Shown: positions 56,446 through 64,000 of the stretch, piece by piece
How positions within the stretch are numbered: the stretch's first letter is position 1
How the letters are laid out: each line of letters starts with the position of its first letter
Source of the DNA: Octopus vulgaris
Lineage: Eukaryota
NCBI GenBank assembly: GCA_951406725.2
Contig: OX597821.1
Span: 91,512,001 to 91,576,000, forward strand
DNA length: 64,000 nt
Direction: 5' to 3'
Position numbers and translations under genes: made by a program
The notes under the pieces: model-generated
The model's input: the letters and a program-made list of their open reading frames with translations, nothing else
Database searches by the model: none
What the model was told of the DNA's origin: nothing

Positions 56446-57764
56446 AATTAATTAAGAAAAGGTATTTCATTTAATGTGGATTATGCAAATTTCAATTTTA
56501 GAAAACAACACTGATTCTATAATAAAATATTTTCTATAAATGAACATGTTGTTTCAGTCAGTTGTTATGGACACATTTTACACAATGCAGTAAAATTTGC
56601 TTTGGAAATTTCAGGATGAACTTAGAATATTTTATCATAAAATTATATAACTACTCACCTTTGTTGGTAACAAGATGCAAAAATCTTTGAAATTTTCAAT
56701 GTCTACGAGTAAAGATTTTAAAGACATTCTTAACCATGACCTAACCAACGATTATCTTTTCAACTATGTATTGAAAGGATTTTTCTATCCTGGAAAGCAA
56801 TAAGTTCTTATATCTCAAGTATGCCAGTTATTTGTTATCAGCAATGATTTAAATGTCTTTCGATTGAAGATTTAATATAAATATCATTTCTGAAACTTAT
56901 TCACTGTTCTCACAAAATGAAATGGAGATATTGAAACTCACTGTTAAAGAACTTGAGAAAAATATAACTTCAGCTCTAGATATTTTCAATATTTTTGTCT
57001 TATTTGTAAACTAAATTAAAATTTCCATATGAACAAAATTTCTTTTGGCGATTAAATTCACCAATATTTTAAAGTTATAATGACATTATCTTGTACGTGT
57101 TTGCTTACGACCTCTGTATAAGTTTTGTTTGGGCTCTATTAAATTATTACATGAATACATGTTTTTTGTTTGAAGTTAATCTCATGGACTTTAAATGGAA
57201 AACATTAAGCATGAGTGTAAATAAATTATTGAATACTTCTAACTGTTTTACATTTCTGAGATAACATATCTAGCGGGGAAAATAATTCTACTAACAAAAA
57301 TTCAGCATTTATAAAGCAATCAATTTTCAATTTTCAAGACAATTCCTTTCCAAAATACCAATAATTTGTTGAAGTCATAGCTTTAAATCTAAATTAGAAG
57401 TTAATTTTAAATATGGATAAACAGTTTGATGAAGCGACATCAAATTTAAATAATCATGAAATGATCCAAAACGTTTAACTTTTTACAAGAGGTGCAACGG
57501 CAAATACTTAATGGCATTTGCTTTTTAAAGATAGTGACATTAAATCTGTGAATGCATTCAAAATGGTTTCATTTTGTACTTTTAATTCCTGGAATTTCAG
57601 TAATGGAGAAATGAATGATACAAATGTCTAGACAAACTAATGAACTCTGAGCTTTTATATATTTCCAATTACAAGATAATTGTTCGGATTATTCATACTC
57701 TTTTACTGAAATAGTTTAAAGGCCAGCAAAAAAAAAATTATTAAAAGTGTTTGACTGCAATAAG

Positions 57765-57915
57765 TGGAGGAACGTGGCTTAGTGGTTAGGGTGTCAGCAC
57801 CATGATCGTAAGATTGTGGTTTTGATTTCTGGACCGGGTGACGCGTTGTGTTCTTGAGCAAAACATTCCATTTCACATTGCTCCAGTCCACTCAGCAGGC
57901 AAAAATGAGTAACTG
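57765..57915 (+). mobile_element. SINE family C, 3'-truncated
   Basis: Matches 12096-12349. Confidence 0.85.
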
Positions 57916-59359
57916 TGTATAAATAAATGCAAATGAGTTGCATCCCTTCAGAATTCAGTGCCACTATGGTACAAAAGATGTATGTATATCAAAATGGGTA
58001 CTTTCACACCTGTATACATTCTCTCTGTACTTGATGTTAAGAGATCTAAATTGAATAAGAATATTTTGCATTTAACAGTTAATAATAGAATACAACTGTC
58101 CAGAAGCTACATTTGGAATCATGTTGGTAGGATGAATGTATGCTTTTACAAACCAAGTGCACAAAGAATTTTCATTGCCCTCATCTTCAGTGATTCAATA
58201 GAGCTTTGATTCAATAACATATGTTGCATAAAATGTTATCTTCTCATATGCATGAAAAAGAAATGTTGGGACATGATTTTCATCTACTTTTATCTACTAC
58301 AATTAATGTCCAAACTCTTCTCCGAGTCAAGATTGAAGATTTTGTTGGAAGATTTTATTCTGATTACCTTCAATTATTAATTCTCCTCAAGCACCAGACT
58401 CACTCCTACCTCAGGCATTTTACTATCTAAACAGTGATTTTGATTAAATCACATGAAACGAATGAATGCTAAAAGGAGAATATGAACATAGAGCCCATGA
58501 GTTGAGAATCTAATACATTATTCATATAGTCAGTGTGTCTATTGAAGAACATAACATCATCAATAAGGATTTAATACGTTGTCATTATCAAATGACATGA
58601 AACGTCATGTCAGTATGTTACATAGGGCCTGAACTTGGCACCCTAAGTCTCCTAAGTCATCTTACTTCACCAATTAAATCATACACACTGCTGTCATTCC
58701 CATAAAATAAACTACTCACACCAATAGAAGAATTCCCCAAAACATGGTAGTCAGTCTCGCCAAGTTGACTTCAGCTTCAGGACAGCTCACAGAAAAACTA
58801 ATAATTTCCCATAAAAAACATTTTATGCATAAAACTGCAGAGTTATCTCTGTTTTGTGTGCAGAAAGAGAGAAAGAAGAGTGCAAAGATAGATACTTCAT
58901 AACCATTATATATTAGTGACAAGACAAATGCCTCTTGCAATACATCACTCTATGATTGAATGGACAATTTTTCTCCGAACAGATTCAACCAGGGATACAG
59001 CATGACTCAATATAGAAATGCACAGAAGGTTCGCTGAAGCAATGTTACTTAACATGGTGAGTAGCTTAGATCAGGGAGTCACTCCAGTTCAAGCCATTAC
59101 TTCTTCCCATTGTCTAATCCTCTCATCTCTAGAACTTTGCAGACACCCCGACAATAAGCTTCAAAACACTTGCTTTATTTATGAGCTCAATGTTACATAC
59201 AACAAAAATGATAGAAACAAATAAAGTAATTTTGAGCTATGCTTCTATGGAATTCATTTGTTTTAAGTTGTAAATATTAGAACCAGAACAAATACAAGAA
59301 AGATGTAGAAAGAGTAAATGATGATTACAATCAACATAGTTCATAGTTTACCTCAAGCC

Positions 59360-60585
59360 AAATTGAATGGAATTTACCAACACTACTATGGACATGCGAT
59401 TAGAATGTTGTAGGAAAGATAGATTCTGTAAGCCAAACTAACTGGTATGAGACCTAGGGGTAGATCAAGAATAAGATGGTGGAATAATATCCATAGTATC
59501 AGTTGATGATGCTTGGGAATCCAATCGGAAAGTCTAATGATGGTGGCTTCTGCCAGAACCCTATGGAGGAGATGCCTAAGGACTCTATTCCCTACGACAT
59601 TTTTTCTGCCCAAAGAATAGTGGATGGACAAGAGGAATGGATGAAATAATATGAAATAATATCCATAGTCTCTGTTGATGATGCTTGGGAATCCAATCGG
59701 AAAGATGGTGGCTTCTGGTAAAACCCTATGGAGGCAATGCCTGAGGACTCTATTCCCACAACTCCCCAAAGAAGTAATGGATGGACAAGAGGAATGGATG
59801 AAATAATATAAAGGAAATAATATCCATAGTCTCAGTTGATGATGCTTGGGAATCCAATCAGAAAGATGGTGGCTTCTGGTAGAACCCTATGGAGGCAATG
59901 CCTGAGGACTCTATTCCCACGACTCCCCAAAGAATAGTGGATGGACAAGAGGAATGGATGAAATAATATGAAATAATATCCATAGTCTCAGTTGATGATG
60001 CTTGGGAATCCAATCGGAAAGATGGTGGCTTCTGGTAGAACCCTATGGAGGCAATGCCTGAGGACTCTATTCCCATGACTCCCCAAAGAATACTGGATGG
60101 ACAAGAGGAATGGATGAAATAATATGAAATAATATCCATAGTCTCAGTTGATGATGCTATGGAATCCAATCGGAAAGTCTGATGGTGGCTTCTGGTAGAA
60201 CCCTGTGGAGGCAATGCCTGAGGACTCTATTCCCAGGACTCCCTAAAGAATACTGGATGGACAAGAGGAATGGATGAAATAATATGAAATAATATCCATA
60301 GTCTCAGTTGATGATGCTTGGGAATCCAATCAGAAAGATGGTGGCTTCTGGTAGAACCCTATGGAGGCAATGCCTGAGGACTCTATTCCCACGACTCCCC
60401 AAAGAATAGTGGATGGACAAGAGGAATGGATGAAATAATATGAAATAATATCCATAGTCTCTGTTGATGATGCTTGGGAATCCAATCGGAAAGATGGTGG
60501 CTTCTGGTAAAACCCTATGGAGGCAATGCCTGAGGACTCTATTCCCAGGACTCTCCAAAGAATGGACAAATGGGAAGGATGAAAT
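59360..60585 (+). repeat. Tandem repeat of 7 x ~156 bp derived from an RTE (Rex3/Expander-like) LINE 3' end
   Basis: Units start at about 59483, 59655, 59816, 59972, 60128, 60288 and 60444. Unit reads NNIHSLS**CLGIQSESLMVASGRTLWRQCLRTLFPRLPKE*; the lead-in reads YYGHAIRM...GMRPRG..RIRW. Confidence 0.88.
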
Positions 60586-61050
60586 ATTTTCTCACTCAAG
60601 GAAAGGTCAAATTACATGAAGGCCTGGCACCAAATAGATAACTTGTGAGTTCATATTTTCTTATGGTATTTGGCTATGTTTTTGCATTCCTCAAGTTAGC
60701 TAATTTTCAATCAAGAATCAAGCTGTCCTGAGAAATTGGCGTTAGATATTATTAACACCCAAATGAAAACAAAAGAAGGAACATGAGCTAGATCCAAACC
60801 AAAACCACACATTTATCATTAACCTAAGTAGTGTCTGGAAACATACACCCTTTTTCATTCACTCACTATCTCTCTCTCTTTCTCTCTTTTTCTCACTTTT
60901 TCTTGCTCTATTTCACACTTTTTAAAATTATATTATTAAATCTATTTATTTCTGATATTTTTACTTCTATTGAACAATTTATATATCTACAAGATAATTA
61001 GATAGTTTAGAACGTTACTTAGCATAGTAGAATAGGATTGTTTATATATA

Positions 61051-63203
61051 TTGGGTCATCCCATAAATAATGCCATTATTTTCAATGGCATAAACTAAAA
61101 GTCAGAGAGGGATAAACTACCTGCATCAATTTGCTATAAAAGCAGGTAGTAATTTTACCTTGTCCTTATTCTTAGTGCAAGTTTTGAAGAGTGCAGTTCA
61201 ATTTTAACAGCTATTTTTTCTATGCTATAATGGAAGTGGCAAAAGGAATATATTTGGCATATTTTGCTTTATGAGTTCAATAAAGTCAACAACACAATGG
61301 AAATATGAGGAATATTAATGCAGTATATGGGGATTGGACAATAAGCATAAGCCAGTGTCAATGGTGCTGCCAGAAATTCCAATCCAGAAACTACAGTCTA
61401 GATGATGAGCCTTGATCTGGAAGATCTGTAGAGCTTGATGAGAACATCCTGCAAACCATGGTGGAACAAAATCCAATCGTAACTGTTGAAGAACTAGCAG
61501 AGAAACTTGGATTTGGTCATTCAACCATTTATCAACACCTGCATGCCATCGCAAAAGTCAGCAAATTGTGTCAATGGGTTCCTACGAACTTTCTGAGTCT
61601 AATTGGGTGCAGAGAGTGAATGTGTGCTTTACTTAGCTGTCACATTTCATGAATGAACCTTTTTTGGTCCGAATAGTGACTGGTGACGAGCATTGTATAG
61701 AAATGTCAAGAGCCGAAATCAGTGGGTAGAGAAAGGAGAAACACTGGTACCCCAAGATAAAGAAGGTCTTCACCCACGTAAGGTGTTGTTATCTGTTTAG
61801 TGGGATATGAAAGGTTTAGTCCACTTTGAACTTTTAAACCAAAACCAAATGATGATGAAGGAGATCTACTGCAAGCAACTTGAGCAGCTTAAGTCAACGC
61901 TAGAAGAAAAATGACCGTCTTTGGTTTCAAGATGAAAGATGTTCTTCCATCAGAATAATGCTCAGCTTCATACAACGAGGATGATATTCCAAAGGCTGGA
62001 GCAGTTTTAATGAGAAATGATGCCCCCATCAACATGTTCAGCAGACATTGCCCCATCTGATTATCATTTATTCTACAGTCTTCAAAATCATTTGGATGTA
62101 AAAAATATGAATTTTGTTGATGAGGTCAGAACAGTTGTGGGAGATTATTTTTCATCACAGACAAGTGAATTTTGGAAGAGGGGCCTTACAAGTTTACCTT
62201 CCTTGCCAAGTACTAACTGCATGAGAAACCAATATGTATATTTTCTGATAGTATCATTCAAAATGTATCCAACAATTTCGCTGTGTTGATGCTCTTTGAT
62301 GGGTCGAATGTATAGCCACATTTAATGCTGCCTGGTTTTCTTGATTTTCTTTTATCTACAAATCTATTGGAACTCAAACCATCTTAATTCTTCAACCAAC
62401 CATCTCTTTAAAACTCGTGACTCACCAACGTTATTTCCTGTGGCAAGTAACAAAGAAATTCCAGTTTATCATTCTATGCAGAAGATAAATTTTGAAACAT
62501 TTTCTTTTGCATATTCGTAATCTCCAACATTTAAAACATAGGAATCCGAAGAAATTCTTTTTTAAATGCATTTTTCAAGATGAGGTGTGAAACTGTATTA
62601 GCTACCCCACCTCCCATTTCTAATTGCTGAAGATTTGGAGAACTTCAATATTTTCATTCACAAAGCAGTTTTTATCCTACATTTTTCAGTCACTCTTTTT
62701 CAGCTCCGATGTCACAGATTATAAAGAGTATAAATTTTATGAAGCATCTTGAAGAAACATCTCTCTACTGTACTTTTAACACCACATCCACATTCAACTC
62801 AACATTCTGTCATGGCCACCACCACCACCACTCTCGGGATTTTCACAAGACACCTTCACAGAGTATCACATCCATTCAAGCCAATTCGAATTTGACGAAT
62901 GCTCATCCAGTTTCTTTTCATTGCTATCTTGGATTCTAGTATCTCATCACCATGAAGCCAGCAGACATTTTCATCACTTACCACCATTTCATTTCAACCG
63001 CTACCCTTTAGGACTTTTGTCTTGCTGCCATTCAACATCCTTGTTCACAGCAGTTACAGCAAGTCCAGCTATTCGTGATCAATTTTTCATACCAGCTTAT
63101 ATCTTTTGCTACTTCTTCCACCTCCACAAGCTCATTGCTGACTTTCAGTGTTGCTTAATTTTGAAAAATGAAAAAAACCCACATTATTTATAGGATGACC
63201 CAG
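61051..63203 (+). mobile_element. Decayed mariner (D,D34D-type) transposon with ~950-bp unrelated insert
   Basis: TIRs ttgggtcatcccataaataatg / cattatttataggatgacccag with TA flanks; HILLYEFNK, RIVTGDE, WDMKGLVHFELL, HQNNAQLH, SADIAPSDYHLF; many stops. Confidence 0.9.
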
Positions 63204-64000
63204 TATAATTATTATGTAATTGATCCTCTGATGTCCAGCATAGCCAAGTCTCTTGTCTTTGTTCAATGTTTACCATGTTCAATAACACTATGAATCAAAT
63301 TAAGACTGAATTAATTGCTAATATTTTCAATATGACGTGATATTAGGCATCATAAGCAACAATTCAAAACTGAAAGAGAAATATATTTACTCAACAGAAA
63401 TCATGACAGATAATACATATAGACAACCAAAAAATATGCCATCTGCCAAACCAATCAACTTTCTGAAGAAGCTGTTAGTCATATGTACAGTAAAAGTACC
63501 TTTCTATTCTTCATAAGGCAATTTATAAAGAAGAGATGGAGTAAATATGGGTTCGTGCTTTGAGTCAATGTTTATAGCATTCAACCAAGTGATAACAGAG
63601 AATAGAGTGGTACTTAATATATGGTGTATACCAGAAATGTCGATAATATATTTGTTGAGATGTATATATCATAAGACATTGAGAAGTTGAAGAAAAGAAA
63701 GACTTGAAAAACAACTCAATATAAAAAGTTAACATCCAAAATAATAAAAATTATAAAGATATGAATCCAGTTTCAGATATAAAAATCCAGATAAAAAGAA
63801 TAGGCTTATTGCATCTGTATACACTAAAGTTCAAAATAATATATCTGCATGGAGACAGTGAATGTCCTCACAGTCACAAAATGTCAGCGATAATACCTCT
63901 TTTCAAAAGAGACTATAGATTCTCATCCACATACACAACACTGAATCAAGTAATTCACAAAATAAAACAAACAGAAATATACAATTACTGACTAATAGAT

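Noticed and set aside
56800-57700. Decayed LRR/F-box-like pseudogene on the minus strand
   Set aside because: Only vague short motifs among many stops; not supportable without a search.
59483-60585. Hammerhead-like words in the 156-bp satellite (TTGATGA...GAAA and CTGAGGA...GGAA), suggesting a retrozyme array
   Set aside because: Cores are non-canonical (U at position 3; GGAA) and stems are weak. The unit is fully explained as an RTE ORF terminus.
59483-60585. CRISPR-like array
   Set aside because: Whole units repeat with no unique spacers; eukaryotic context and no cas genes.

Overview
AT-rich, repeat-dominated animal genomic DNA. The SINE repertoire and microsatellite load point to an octopus or other coleoid cephalopod (inference). 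No intact host gene is recognisable, and most ORFs in the track are artefacts of (TA)n, (CA)n, (GATA)n and (ATT)n arrays or of SINEs. Recognisable content: (1) several Penelope-like element (PLE) fragments (Naiad-type GIY-YIG and RT pieces, one Neptune/Poseidon-like); (2) CR1-, RTE- and Tx1/L1-clade LINE fragments; (3) mariner relics and a mariner MITE, a hAT MITE and a non-autonomous Helitron; (4) about 25 tRNA-type SINE copies; (5) a 7-unit ~156-bp satellite made from an RTE 3' end; (6) a ~4.5-kb duplication around a 100-N gap that is probably an assembly overlap. The main hidden signal is a set of type I hammerhead ribozyme motifs in PLE terminal repeats. Four have complete CUGANGA/GAAA cores (2675, 42112, 42515, 44629), and all four have a 50-60 nt stem II region and a palindromic or near-palindromic stem III. 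Three of them are clustered within 2.6 kb, and two of those bracket a GIY-YIG fragment. Other notable items are a Tx1-like LINE inserted twice into one (GATA)n array, a 73-bp fold-back hairpin, and a possible terminal exon of a membrane- or GPI-anchored protein. All calls are by eye; no alignment or folding program was run.
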